Source of the DNA: Raillietiella orientalis
Taxonomy: Eukaryota
Assembly: GCA_036172245.1 (NCBI GenBank)
Contig: JAYWIR010000059.1
Location: forward strand, 496,001 to 560,000
Length of the DNA: 64,000 nucleotides
Direction: 5' to 3'
Part shown: positions 39,190 through 51,996 of the stretch, one piece after another
How the letters are laid out: every line of letters begins with the position of its first letter
Numbering within the stretch: the first letter of the stretch is position 1
The notes under the pieces: model-generated
Told to the model about the DNA's origin: nothing
What the model saw: only the letters and a program-made list of their open reading frames with translations
Database searches by the model: none
Position numbers and translations under genes: made by a program

Positions 39190-40035
39190 GCGCTCCTGCA
39201 CCAGGAGGACATCGCCCGCAGCCTGCAGCAGCGGTTCTTTGTGCCAGGAGCACTTTCGACGGGAGGTGATAGCAAGCATCGGTTGCATCCGTGCCATCGT
39301 CACGGCCCGTCATGCCTTGCAGATGCAGACGTAGCGAAAGGAGGCCACAGGGGCCGCAGCACCGTCTACATGAAGACGGCTGCAATGACAGTGGCCTCAC
39401 CTGCAAGTGGAAGTCAAGATGGAAATTGCCAGCATCCAGTGCAGGTTCGGAAGTGAATGAACGACGGACACCGATGACCCTTGTCCTCAACTCCCTTTAT
39501 TTCTTTTTATTTATCGCTCTCTTTCGCTTCGTACTTCTCCCGGTTTGCATATTTTCATTCCGATGTATACGTAGCAAAACCAGAGACCCTTGCCGTATCC
39601 CCCGGATTTCTTCACTTTTGTTTGTTGCTCTTCTTCCCCTCCCTCTCGTTCCGGAACTGGCGGACATCCTGACCTGGATGTCTTCAGTTGGAAACCAACG
39701 TATTCCCGACTGGGTTCTCGATGTTTTCCCCGGTGTGACCGGGTGGAAAATGCAAGCAAAGCTCCAGTGCAATGGCGGGCCGTCGTGATGGCGCGGAAAA
39801 TAAGGAATGTGCCGCCGTCACTCTCTCGAGGTCCGTCAGAAGGAGTTCATCTTTTCCTGCCTCATCACAGCAGCCCGATTCGTCCCTGAACCTGCTGACA
39901 CCTCCGACTCTCGTGAGCAGCCCTACGTCGACACCGGTGAAGGCACTCCAGTTCTTTCCCTCCGGTTCCTGTCCAACGTAATTGTCGGAGAAGTCCACTG
40001 AGCGGCCGATCCCACCTTTAATGTATTTATTCATC
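39190..40035 (+). mobile_element. 3' fragment of the same Tx1-like family
   Basis: Shares CCAGGAGGACA, CGGTTCTT, GGTTGCAnCCGTGCCAT, GACGGCTG, GTGGCCTCACCTG, CCTTGTCCTC and TGACCGnGTGnAAA blocks in order with 36940-37500. Confidence 0.65.
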
Positions 40036-40329
40036 TATCTCCCTGCCCTCCTCATCCTTCAATGTTCCCTCCTTATTCGCGTCCTTAGTGAGGTTCGGAT
40101 CCTCCCGTTTGGCGCTAGGGCAGATGCTGCTGACCCTTCGGCAGCCTTGTCGAACCAGTACGCCGATGCGCACATTGGCCAAGGAGATGAAGCTGCCACC
40201 CGGTGAAGAAGAAACCAAGGCTGGACTGCCAACAAAACACACGAAGTACCATATCAGTGACCTTCAGCGTCCTGGAGCTTCCGATGAGAGAAGACTCAGA
40301 ACGAACGCAACAGAATCCCCCTAGCGAAA

Positions 40330-42470
40330 AAAAGAAAAGTGCTGACGGCCGGGAACCAGAAACTGCTGCAACGTGAGGCACTCTGGGATCTGGAGAAGAA
40401 CCACCGGAAGAACGGAGGATTTCCTACCCGCTTTCTCCCCCCCCCCCCCCCAGCGGTCATCGGATTCGAGAGCGCTGCCTGCTTCATCACGTCGCCTGCC
40501 CTCCTCTGGAATCCTCTGAGGCGTCCGGAGGAGTTCGTTCACCAAGGAGTTTATTCGCTTTCTAACGCATGAGTGGCGATGCATGACATCACTCCGCCAG
40601 CGAGACGCGAGAGTCCCGAAAGCGTGCGCCCATCTCCAGTTCGCGCGATGCGTTTCCCTGGAAGATTCGTCATATGCCAGGAGCAAGGAAGAAGCTGTAT
40701 TTCAAATGTCTGAGCAGCCCAGCTCCCCTCTGCTCTCCCAGGGAATGGGGGGAAGGAGAGAGAGAGAAAAAAAAAGGAATCTCTTCCTTTTTTTTTTTTA
40801 ATGAAAAATGGAAATCGGGAACATGGCTGGGAGGCTGACAGTAAGTCTATCCGCCTGCCTCCGGCACTACTGGTCTTCCCAATGTTCTCGATGGGAGCAG
40901 CTCGAGGGCGGACAAATCGAGACACTAAAAACCACAGTGGCTAGGTTCCCTCTACAAGAGAGACGCAGGATGAAGAGGACCTTTTCATCAGGCGCCTCCG
41001 CTCTAGAAAGGAGAAGGAAAGGGATGGAAAGCCCCCCCAAAAATAAGAAAGAAACAAAGCTTAGCTCATTAACGAAAGAAATCGAAAAGGAGTTCCTGAT
41101 GGCGTTCCACTGTGTGGTCCACGGCCCCCACTTCCGTCGAGGGGGAGAAGATGCACGGCACTTCCTGAACGACAGATGGAAAGGCCCGCCACGAACTTCC
41201 CTCACCACTGTCTCTCCTTTCCAAGTCAGCCGCATGATGTTCCTCCTCTGGGACCTTCAAAACCCTTGCAGGATGGAGCTGGGGCAGAGAGGAAGGGGAG
41301 AGAATGGAAAATATCTTCGAGAGGTGAAACTTTCGGCTGGTCACAGGAAGCTGGAATCGCTGCGAGGGCATGGATAAATCCCAGGAACTAGACAGCGCCT
41401 CCCTCCTCACGAAGAAGCGGATGTCTCCCTCGCTTGCAACCATTCCGAGAGATTCCTGAGAGAAGGAAGCCCGCGTGCCTTTTCCCGAGTGGTTAGATCA
41501 CGCTAGAAAGCCTCTCTCCTCGGAAACCGTAAGAAAGAAGCTATCCTACGAGATCCATGCCTGGAGAGCAGTTCCGATCACTTTTCAAGGCAACCCGGAT
41601 CTTTTGCCAACCCTCATACCATCATAGTTACCTCAGAGAAGCTCTCCCGGGAGAAACGTCCCTTCCCTCCAGGAAAGGAGCTTCCTTCCAAGCCTTTCCT
41701 GTAAGGCGGAAGGAGAGTCCTCTGGGAAATGCCGCTCTCGAAGACTTCCTGGAACCAGGGATTGTTCTCGGGAATCATTAATCCGTGGTCTGGTCGTTCA
41801 CAAAGAGACGCGAAGGCACCGGAGTCCTGGATGTTCTGCGCACGACGTCCATGAGGTTTCAAGGAGCCAAGTGTCTTCTGCTGGGCCATCTGTCCCCTAG
41901 GCGCCAGCCATCGTCACTTCTTGGTCTTCCAGAGTGCTTTCTCTGCTTGATGGGAACACAGGAGTACGTTACAGGCCACGAAAAGTTCATGACCATCAAT
42001 TCTGTCAGTGCTTCGAACGTCGCTTCAGTGGAGTTTCCTAACTTTTCCCATAAGCATCGGTGGAGACCTGATGACCCATAGCTCTCTTAACACCTAGGTG
42101 GCTGATAACTCACAAACTTGCCGGAAATAATTTTTTAGCTCCCTCGTTTCATTCTTCCAGATCCTTCCGCAGCTCTCCACGGCAGCTTCCATTGAGAGGA
42201 GCCGCTCGGTCCCCCCAAAATTGTGTCAGGAGCTCCATTCTGCCGACAGACATTGTCGAAGGGATGCAGGTCAGCTCTTTCGGAAGGCAAAAGGCGGGAG
42301 AGAACTGGATCTGCGACGGGAAGTCGCCTTTCCTCCTTGTTGCACGTCTGCTGTTCCTTTCTTCTCTCCTGCCGCCTTCTTTCTCTCTTATCTCCTCCCT
42401 CGCCTCAGGTAGCGCGCGTTCATTCCGGAAACCTCTTACTTCTTATCGGTTCACCCAGGTTGAAGTCTGG
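40330..42470 (-). mobile_element. Degenerate Tx1/L1-clade LINE ORF2
   Basis: GSSGLHRCLWEKLG (PGxDGLxxEFYxxFWxxLG-like), VNDQT..FPRTI, GGLSIP and THRANWRWAH (DLxWRxxH-like) occur in order. Confidence 0.55.
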
Positions 42471-42569
42471 TACAATCTCTAATCTCTTTCTTTGCGTTGC
42501 TTCTGTGGAGGATATTGAGAATATGGAAACCAAAGCTCAAGGCCCATACCCATCCTCCATCCCTCCATG

Positions 42570-43290
42570 GTACATCAGGAAGACAGTAGGAGATATTCAG
42601 TAGGAGATGCAGATTCCGCGAAATTCGAAGATGAATTCTTCGTCCTTCTCAAAGAGAGGGAAGCGTCGTGCCTTTCTTCGGTGAGTAGGTCCATCACATC
42701 TGCCCGTGAACCCCACGCTGGAAACTGCGACGAATAGCCTGAGATAATGGTTCTTTGATTCGCACTGTTCGTCAAGTATCTCACCAGGCTGATGAGGATG
42801 CTTGAGAGCAGGCCGTTTTGGCGGGAAATAAGAGCGCTCCTAAAGGATTTACTGATGCTGACCGAATGGCATCAGTTCCATGTGCTATTCTCCTCCACTT
42901 CCTGATCCCGAGACGAGAAAAGGTAACGAATGTGTCTATTTCTCTTTTACCTTTTCCGCGAGCAATGTAGGCGGACAGAGACGGAAAGTCCAAGTCCTGC
43001 TAGAAATCACCTCTATCCAACAAATGTGGAGCTGGACCCTCACTAGGGCTCTAGACTTGTCAAAAAAGGAAATCTCAAAGATTCAGAATGTAACGAACAA
43101 GTCATTTAGCGTGAATCTAATGTGCCCGGCTTGAGTGAGTTGATGAAATCGCATGCCGGAGAAAGGTAAGTCCACAGTCCTTACCGGTGGACTACCGACA
43201 AACCGTGGTGTAGAAAAAATCAAGGAAGTCGGTGTTGAAGTTGCGTGCTTTGCATCATCATGAGTTCTTGCAAAAAGACTAGGAAACATA
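42570..43290 (-). mobile_element. Degenerate hAT (Buster/Spin-like) transposase fragment
   Basis: FPSLF..DD...LIFSTPRFV, LTQAGHIRFTLNDLF, GTDA and AWGSRADVMDL (RWLSRGxVL-like) occur in the expected order. Confidence 0.4.
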
Positions 43291-43529
43291 GGGCAGATGC
43301 AATCTTAATAGAAGGAATGGAAACATGTAGGTCCAGTTAGCAATCCTCAAGCTATGCAGAGGGATTACCTTACTTTAGGAATGAAAAAATTCCAGTGTGC
43401 TTGTGTGTGCGTTTTTTAAAAACAAAAAAACACAAAAAACCTGCGTTCCAGACAGAGACCGAGGTTCGCAGGGTGCCAAGAAACTCACATCTTTTGGCCA
43501 TCAAATGCATGCCATGCCACAACTACCTA

Positions 43530-44430
43530 CCAATGTTTATTGAAGATGGAATAGGAATAGGTGAAATGGTAGTGAGTCATCTAGAAGTGGGAGCAAGCGT
43601 GTGCCAAACAGGTGCGTTGTAAGTCTGCACGGATGAAGCAGTTGCTCATAAAAATTTTCAATTGCTCATAAAACCAGCTAAGCGTAAGTTTTTCTGTTAC
43701 TCCAGTAAGCCCCATAGCCAACAGAGGAAATGATACTTTGTAAAGAGGCAAAGAGAAGTACTTGATAAATACCAAGAAAGAAGTCTCAAAAGAATACGGA
43801 AGCTCGAGGTAGGAAAACACTGCTCTGGAGCTTCGAGAAGAGCAGTAATTGCCGGAGATACTGAACTGGTATCTTGAATGGCCTGCCAAAGTATTGGCAT
43901 GGTTGAGGAAGAAAAGTCTGTGAAAGAGGTAGAGGATATGGTGTTTCAACAGGGAGGCAAAGCCTGAAGGTGCGGTGTGTGGTTCCTTGTTTTCTGGAAG
44001 AAAGGAAAGGCATCGTCAAGTTTCGGGGTTCGGAAGTTAAGTGTGGTGAGCTTGTGGTCCCAAGTCATCAGGACAGATCACAGGATTCATCCAATGGTTG
44101 ATTCTCAACTCTTGGAGTACGGTCTCGAACGTCGAATTTCGTCCTCTTGCTCGAAGTTCAGCACTGTTGCTGAAATGCTGGAGCAGAATCAAGAGGAATG
44201 GGAATGCGAGGATAGATAAACAAAGCGAGATAGCATCTGCCATGGGGAGCTCGTAGATTGATGACGATGACAGGGAAAGCTGAATCAGAATTAGGCGATT
44301 GTTTCGGATGAAATCCGTCAGATAGAAATGTAATGGAGGATTGCAGGAAGATCCGGGCACAGATTATGGGAAAGAAGAATAGCAAACCGGATGGCATTCT
44401 AAACTTTACACGCGCAACTAGCACCTAGAA
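43530..44430 (-). mobile_element. Degenerate I-group LINE with RNase H remnant
   Basis: DTSSVSPAITALLEA (SVFxAELxAIxxAL-like), KVSFPLLAMGLTGVTEKL (WIPxHxGIxGNExAD-like) and HF*MTHYH (GHxxLTH-like). Confidence 0.45.
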
Positions 44431-45079
44431 GCAGGCCGGATAGTCCTTCAGAGATCCTGAAGAGGAGCACAGAATCAACCAACCGATGACGAATCGAAGC
44501 GGAATTCAAGTCCTCTAAAAGAGATGGGATGGCCGGGACAAGGGAAACAAAACAGTCCATCACTCGAAGGGATCGGGAATTTATCTGAAACTCTGGAATG
44601 CGAGCTACTAATCATGTTAATACGGGAAATGGAGGAGAAGAGCACTGATTGCTGTTGAGAGCTCATTCTGTTTTGCTTGAGGGCTGTTCCCAAATAGAAA
44701 TCCGGATCGTTGCCTTCCCCTCGTTGCTTGAATTACGGGATGTCTACTGCAACTTTTCCATCTAGTTTCATCGCCAGCTCACTGTGATGTTTTACGTGGC
44801 TCAGAAATGACGTCAGCACACTAGACATCAGCTTCTATATAGGTATGATGCAGTCCTCAAGCTATGCAGTTCTCTTCATCTTTGCAGCATCTGTTATCAG
44901 TCAACGCACGGTTCAAGTGCTTATTGGCATGAACGGGAACCTTTGGACCAAATGACTCATGATGCTTCTATCAAACTGTTGCGCATGAGCACTTTCGACC
45001 CTGCAGTTACTGAGCTGATGCTTTGATGGTCAGTGAACAATCCATAAGATGCGCGAACTCTGGTAGCAAGTACGGGGGC

Positions 45080-45670
45080 TCACAGTTGAACAAAGTCCAA
45101 CCTCCGAGCTCTCGAGGGTCCTTCACAGCTGCACATTATCGCGGCAGAATCCGTGGAGATCACCCGGTCGCGGTTTGGGTAAACTGCCCTGAGTCCACGA
45201 GTCAGCGAAACCGCTCTGTGAATATTCGAACTACCGACGGGCATCCAGAAATGCCTCCTGATGTACTGTCGAGGAAGGATTCTGTGCGGCATGGGGTTTG
45301 GTCACTGGATGAGAAACCAATTTCTGAGACGATGATGGAGGATGCCATTCATGAGGGACCACAGAAGACGATGTATACCTCCACACCTGTCAAATCCTTC
45401 GTCAGGATCGGAAAGCAGTCAATCAGGTCATGAAAGCGTCAACGCAGTCGAAGCTTGAGATTCTCCGGAGACTCTTCGAAAAACAAGGAATATTCCCCCC
45501 GTGCGATCTCACATTGAAGGTTCTTTCTCACCGTCCTTATCCTCAGCATCCTCGTCAGGTGGACCAAGCATCGGATAAGTGTGCACGGGACATCCTGATG
45601 TCCCGCGCTGTCACTGCTGAAAGAAGAAATCGGCATCAAAGGATGAGAAGGAACGCCAGACTGGAACACT
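45080..45670 (-). mobile_element. Possible non-LTR RT remnant (clade uncertain)
   Basis: GVPSH, a frameshifted QGCP-like motif, and PRELGG (PRxxGGxG-like). Confidence 0.25.
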
Positions 45671-46779
45671 TGTTACATCCTCCAAAAGATGCAAGAAGCG
45701 TCGCACGCAGTACAATCGCCAGAGTGAGACACACATAGTGTGCATTGGTTCAAAAATGTGTAGTTGCAATGTTGCCAAAACTCTGCTCAAACTTTGTGAA
45801 ACTGCAGTTTCAGATGAACAGATTTACCGTTCCACCTTACCCGTTTGCCGGACTGGGGAATGCCCGTGCTTCGAGAGTTCCAGTAGCGAGTGTTAAAATA
45901 ATCATGGACTGCATATGAAACGGATGGTGAAAAATTACCGCTAGATGGCTAACGAGCAATTCACGATACACAATAAGAGAAAGAAAGAAGACATCTTCCA
46001 TTCCTTCCACAAATTTACCAGGGAAGGAAATGAGTAAGTAGATAGGAGTAAGCGGGTGCCAATCAGTGAATCAGAAGCGAGAAAGGAATGATGGACGAAA
46101 GGACAATGGGGTAATCGAGCCACGCTTACTTTGGAACCAATGGATAAGCGGTAGTAACAGGTCTGAAGAGATGAAAGAAGAGATACTACGAGAGGAACTG
46201 AGACGAGATGCTCAGCCCGCAGTGCATTCTGCAACATCGCTGGATTCTATGATGAGATCCTTGGAAGTTTCCATACCTGAAGAAGCGTACGAATGCGTCG
46301 GAAAAGCCCTCACCATCAATCTGTGTGCAGCCGCGCGCCAGATGCCAGGGCAAGTCTGGGAAATAGAAGTCGCACACTTTCAAAAGTCACTCTTATTGGA
46401 ACATACACGCATGAAAATCTTAAAAACACATCCATACATTCAAACGCTGTTGCAGAAGATCGAATCCTGGTGTTACCTTGAAGTGTACTGTGCAAGCAAT
46501 CTGTGCAAGTCATCGATGACATCCTAAACTGGTGTTCCTTGAGTAACAGAGTTTAGATACTCAGACTGGATAATTCAGATCCCTAATCGTTAACGACATA
46601 GTGAATACGTGGGACTTGAGGGAATGAAAGGAGAAAATACATGGACGAATGGGATACGGGGTCAACATGTGGGTGAAATCCACTCACTATGCTGCATTTT
46701 GAAGACCGATATTCGAGTCTAAAAGACCCCTTTTTCCGGGAAAGAGAGGGATGTAAAAACTGCTGTTTGTTAATCTGAA

Positions 46780-47520
46780 CCCAACTCATGGTTTCAGGCT
46801 GAATTTTCTTCTGGTATTTTGCAGAGACAAGCACAATACAGCCTTAATGATGGCAACACTCTTGTCATCGAGAATGCTAGATGTGAATAAAGTATCTGTA
46901 TTGATTGTAATTTGGAAGAAATGAACTCCCATGATGTGGTGAACTCTGTAGCGCCCTCGTGGAATTAAGGGTGGTAGCCAGAGTTCGATGTTCATGGTGG
47001 AGCGTAGGTTAATTGTGTCGAAACATTCTAATTCGTTTAAGAGTTATTGAATCTGGCAGAAGACCCTGTAGGTTGCTGACCTGAAACGCTTCTAAGGTAC
47101 AAGAAGCATTCATCCGTGGATTCAGCACAGTAAAGAAATAGAATAGTGGATGTGTATCTGTTTTCCATGATAGCATAGCAATTTTAGAATATTCAGATAA
47201 CAAATACATAGTTGCAGAAGTAAGCAGATATGACGATAATACTCTAGTGGGTTTGAAGTCCATCTGTACCATTTACATATCTTTCTGCCAGTACTTCGAG
47301 ACTTTTTTTTTATTATACCATTTTATTATACTACCCTACTCAGAATGCTGAGAACTTTTAGCATTCGTAATGTGCCTGAGTACATTGGAATGGCTTTTTC
47401 TAATGTGCACTCTGCAATTTTTGTAGAATACGAGTGTCCAGGTTTGGTTCCTTGATAGCCAACCTGGATTTGCTCGGCAGTTATTGAAAATGAGTCTGGA
47501 ATACTGAGAGGATGCAAAAT
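46780..47520 (-). mobile_element. Degenerate I-group LINE post-RT region
   Basis: LRMLKVLSILS, YSKIAM, CTLEAFQVSNLQGL (CTGAFRTSPxxSL-like), PPL and INTD (IYTDG-like) occur in order. Confidence 0.45.
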
Positions 47521-49329
47521 AGAGGGATGCAGCTGGGCAGAATAAACTTTTGATGATTAAAGTGAGAATTGAGCATGATGAAAGTAAGAAATTCGTTTTA
47601 TCAGACACTGGTGGCCAACCACTCTACAGACAACTCTTCAGGTCCGAAGAGTTTGAAAATTGATGCACTTTTTGCCGCATCGTGCTTGTCTTTTATATGT
47701 ACACTAAGCACTGTAGACACTACATGATGCTTAATGGAATTATGTCGTTACAGTCTAAGTTACTGACTCCTTTGTCACCATCATAGTCTTTTGTCTCCTT
47801 CAATTATCCTATTCATTTTGAAAATCATGATCTCGATGGAATCCTAATTATAAAAGCCCAATCTCAGCAATTCCCCACTTACGGTATAGCTAACTTTCAT
47901 CTCATATTTCAAGATGCTCATCGTTACATGCATCAGTAGGAACCATTGTGCACCTTGTACATGCATTAAGCAATGGTGTTGTGCACTACTGGTATGTGCA
48001 CAATTCCTAATCCTCTTTCGCTGTTTGCCTTCTTCGAGTCTTAATTCAATCCTAAAATGCTTCCAATCGTTTGCAAATTTAGGATGTTCTAAAAAATTTT
48101 TGCATCGTTAATGTACTTCAAGGCCCTAAATTTTTCTTCTATTCTTTTTGCAGCGAATGAGGAATGAAAGAAGAACGGGCATTTTTATTTTCTTGCAGCT
48201 AATTTGAAGAAAAATCAGGTTCGGTTATTTAGTAATCTTTTGGTTTACATTGAAACAGAAACTAGCGAAAAGGGAAGAAAGGTCTCTAAGGTCATCTTAT
48301 TTGGAATTGCTTCCAGACTGTAGCTGATTTGAACAGAGTGAAGGATAAGTTTGTGGAAAGTAAGAAATAAGAAAATTTGCTCCAGCTGGTTCTGCCTCTC
48401 CGGCTTGAGATTCCTTGAGCGACTTGGCATTTGCATGCTATTTTGTGCTTCCGGTCCACTGGAGTTTATGGACTGAAGCAAGGCATCTTAAACATCGCTC
48501 TACGACATTTTCTGCCGTGCTGGCATTCTGCAAGCGTTGCTGATGCTGTGAATTATTTTGTCAGTTTTTTTTTTTTTTGGTTTTTCTTTCCAGTACTTCT
48601 CATAAGAGATAGGAGAAGAAGAAAAAGCACAAAAATAAAAATGATGAAAACACGACATCGGGTCATAAATGCTCAGAGGATTCTGAAGTTTCAATTGAAA
48701 TTGCTCTCATCAATAAAAAAAGGAAGAGAAAGAAGAAAAAAAATCCTTTTGAATTGTTTTGCAAGAATTCTCAGACCTGCATTACACTTAATTGCGGGTT
48801 TTAGACCATTTGGATCCTCAAAATGATTGTATTGTCCTTCTGTAGCTTTGGGAATGTTCCATGATGCATTTTTCAAATTAGGACACACTGAATGCAGCGC
48901 AAGTAATGGAGAGTTTTGGGCCTCGGAGCAGTTGTTTGGAGAAGGACGATTGAAAATCCTAAAAGGAAAAAAAAACAAAATAGGGTGGAAAGATAAGATT
49001 TAGCTCTCCCGTTAGCTTCATAGCTGCTGTTCCTTGCATCATTAAGAAACGAGGAAGCACGTAAAGACGTGCGCTCATAGAATTCTCCTAAGGCGTAAAT
49101 CTGGAAAGAATACATCAAGAACTCAAACGACTTGATTTACGAAACCATGGGATGTTGGTATGGAAGTTGGACCGTCGCATGGGATGGATAAATAAATGGA
49201 TAAAAGGCATCCTGTTGAATAACAAGAGCGGTTCCTGATGTGGACGGAATAGAAGTCTTGCATTTCATTTGCAAAAGACAGAGCTTTTCCGGGTGACAGT
49301 CAAGGCACGAGAGACGAAGTGCGTCGGAG

Positions 49330-50800
49330 ACGCAACGCAGAAGAGCGAAAATAGCTTAAAAGGAGGGAGTGGAAAAAGGTACGGTCTTTTCCAGCCACTG
49401 GTTGCGCAGACACCTTTAGAACATAATCCGGAGGGTTTACACCTTCCCAATTTTCTCGCTCCCAGCATGCTCTCCTGAGATGTTCCTCACGTCGGAAAAC
49501 ATTCCGCAGACTCCAGCTGCACAAGCTGCAGGTCGTGTAGTGGATAATGCTTGAGTATTCGCTATACTCAATCCCTATAAGCTCAAACGGCCAAAACCCT
49601 CAAGATTAGTTTTTCCCTGAGCCTGCTTAAGTGTTGCTGGTTGCAGCCTTTAGCCACGAGCAAAAGCGTAGTACGATTTTCTTTTTTTGGCAGCCCAATA
49701 TCTGATATGCTGACTATCTGAAGCCCAGCCAAACAACGCGTCATGCTGGGTGTTGTGGGTGTTTCACTCTGAATGATCATACCGACAGCAACCACGAAGA
49801 CCTCAAGATATAGGACACCGATTCATGATATTTTTCATCGCAGGCGATGACACGGCAGTCACTGGAACCAGAGAGCTTCAAGGATTCTTCCTGCCACACC
49901 TTCCCGTGATTCTAAAGAAGCTCGAAGAAGTTTAGACGAGCTCGCCTCTAGAGCACAAGAGGTGTCTTGATTCACCCAAATGTTAAGAGCTGCTCCTTGA
50001 GAAAATCGTGGAGCATTTCTGTACGAATTCATCGAACCATTAAAAGATAGGAACAGTTTTTGGATAGCAAGTGCTACCACGATTTCGTCGAAATTTTACA
50101 GATTCGTGCATTTTTACGTTTGCAGAGTGGGAGCTGATCATGGAAAACTCTCTCATGACGTTCATGATCACAGAACTTATCGACAAGTCCTAGTTCTTCT
50201 CAGAAAGGACTTTTCTTGCGCCTCCCGTTCATCAGAATACATCCGGCGCTGCTCCACCTGACCAGCTGTTTAGCAAAGCTCCCTTTCTCTGTTTGGTTCC
50301 TTCCATGTCTCGGGGTGGGAAATGGTGCGATGGATTTCACAGCCTTCTCACCTACGGACACATCGACGAAGGAAGAACTGATGCGGTGTTCGTGACATGA
50401 TGATGGAAGACTTGGCACAAGTAGACCACATACATTGCGCCAATACTTTGCTCGAATGATGTACCGCAAACTTTATTGATTCAGCCTGTTTCAAAGGAAG
50501 GTGCTGTTGCTGTAACAAGAACCACAGACCTTGTCCGACTCGCGAGTCAAAGCATCTTCGTCGCGAGCAAAGGCATTTGCTGCTGAAGAAACTGCCAGTC
50601 GTGGAGAGCCGACGGCCAAAAAAAACAACCGAAGAGAAGCAATTAACGTGGGCACTATCTAGTTAATTACAAGTCCTTTCTTGCCAGTTTCATTGCGGAC
50701 ATGCTGCCATTCACAGATATCGAATGATGCGGGTTCGCCGCCATTAACTTACTGAGTCTTACCGGGAGTTCCATGGACGGAGACTGAGGAGTACTTCAAT
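49330..50800 (-). mobile_element. Degenerate Gypsy-type pol: RNase H tail, integrase zinc finger, core and GPY/F region
   Basis: RYIIRAKYW...SSCHE (H2C2-like), LGLVDKF, FDEIVVALAIQKLFLSFNGS (SDNG-like), EMLHDFLKE and PPDYVL...AGK. Confidence 0.5.
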
Positions 50801-51278
50801 GCGCCAGACCCATGTGCAGCATGAATAATGGATCATACCTTCATCCCATATTACACAATGCTTTCCTCTAATTGATTTGGCAGAAAATTTCTGACAGCAC
50901 TTAGCTTTGCGCAAGAGCAGTATCCTAATTGACTACGGAAGCTGAAATGGGATCATTCCTAGTTGAAAACAGCACTCTAGAAACTGGGAGACCGCTCTAA
51001 GCAGGGAATATTTTCGAATCTGTTTTAATTTTTTATTTTTTCGCATCGTATGTGATTCAGAACACGTGATTTTACTGTGAGCAGGTCAGCTTGACGAATA
51101 TTGTGAAAAGTCGAAAAAAAATCTTAGAGTGAAAATTTCTAAAATCAACATTTCGAATTCAGTTGGTCCCAATTCGATTGAAATTATCGTAAGGTCGCTA
51201 CTGGCCTTTGGATGATGAAAATCCTTCTTTTTGTCTTCTGAGTTCTTCGACACGGTTCCACGCCTCCCGAGGATGGAT

Positions 51279-51996
51279 AATTCTCCAAGATAGGGGGTAC
51301 CCCGGAAGGGGTTCGCCCTATGAATCTAGGAGGGACTCGGAGTCCGTTCCTTTCACTCCTGGGGAGGGATCCCCGGAAATAGAGATCACCTCCACCCTGG
51401 TTGTCTCCGAAGGGGAATCCAGAAGGGAATCTTACTTATTCTCTCCGAAGGACCCCCGGGGGGTCGGCTCCATTCTTTCTTCTCTGAAGGGAACCCGGAA
51501 GGGATCTAATCCTGGAATTTCTTCTCTGGAGGGATCCCCCGCAAGGGATTCGCTCCTGTTTTTACTCCTCTGAAGGGAACCCAGAAGGAACGCTTCCGAA
51601 ATTCAGAAGGACGCAGCTTCCCCGAAGGGATCGGCTCGCGTATCTGCACTCTCTGGAGAGATGGTGGCGACACAGCTACTCCATCAGTACGACGCGGAGG
51701 GTCGTACTGATGGAGGGTCTCCTCCTTCACAACCTGTGGGAAAACTCCCCACTCCGTGATTCCTGGAAGGACCTGGAGGTCGACTACCATTTGTCCCGGC
51801 CCTCATCGGGGCCATCCGGTTTCAACCGCTACCAGTGCCGCACCCGGATGAATGTAGGCCAACCAGCGTCATCTCGTGGGGTGAACTCGAAACCCGTGGG
51901 GTGAGCGCGCTGCGTCGATTCCTTTCGGAGTATTCGAACCCACGACGCATGGTGCCATGCGTGGAGACCACCGTAATCACACGGCCTCCGACGCGG
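51279..51996 (-). mobile_element. tRNA-derived SINE-like element, copy 2
   Basis: Same ends as copy 1 (AATTCTnCAAGATAGGGG...; ...CCGACGCGG), B-box at 51931-51939 and the same internal tandem units. Confidence 0.7.

Noticed and set aside
51790..51830. Possible hammerhead ribozyme core (GAAA and CCGATGA on the minus strand)
   Set aside because: The core is not CUGAUGA and the spacing leaves no room for stems I and III. Other CTGATGA sites I checked also lacked the stem II-GAAA arrangement.
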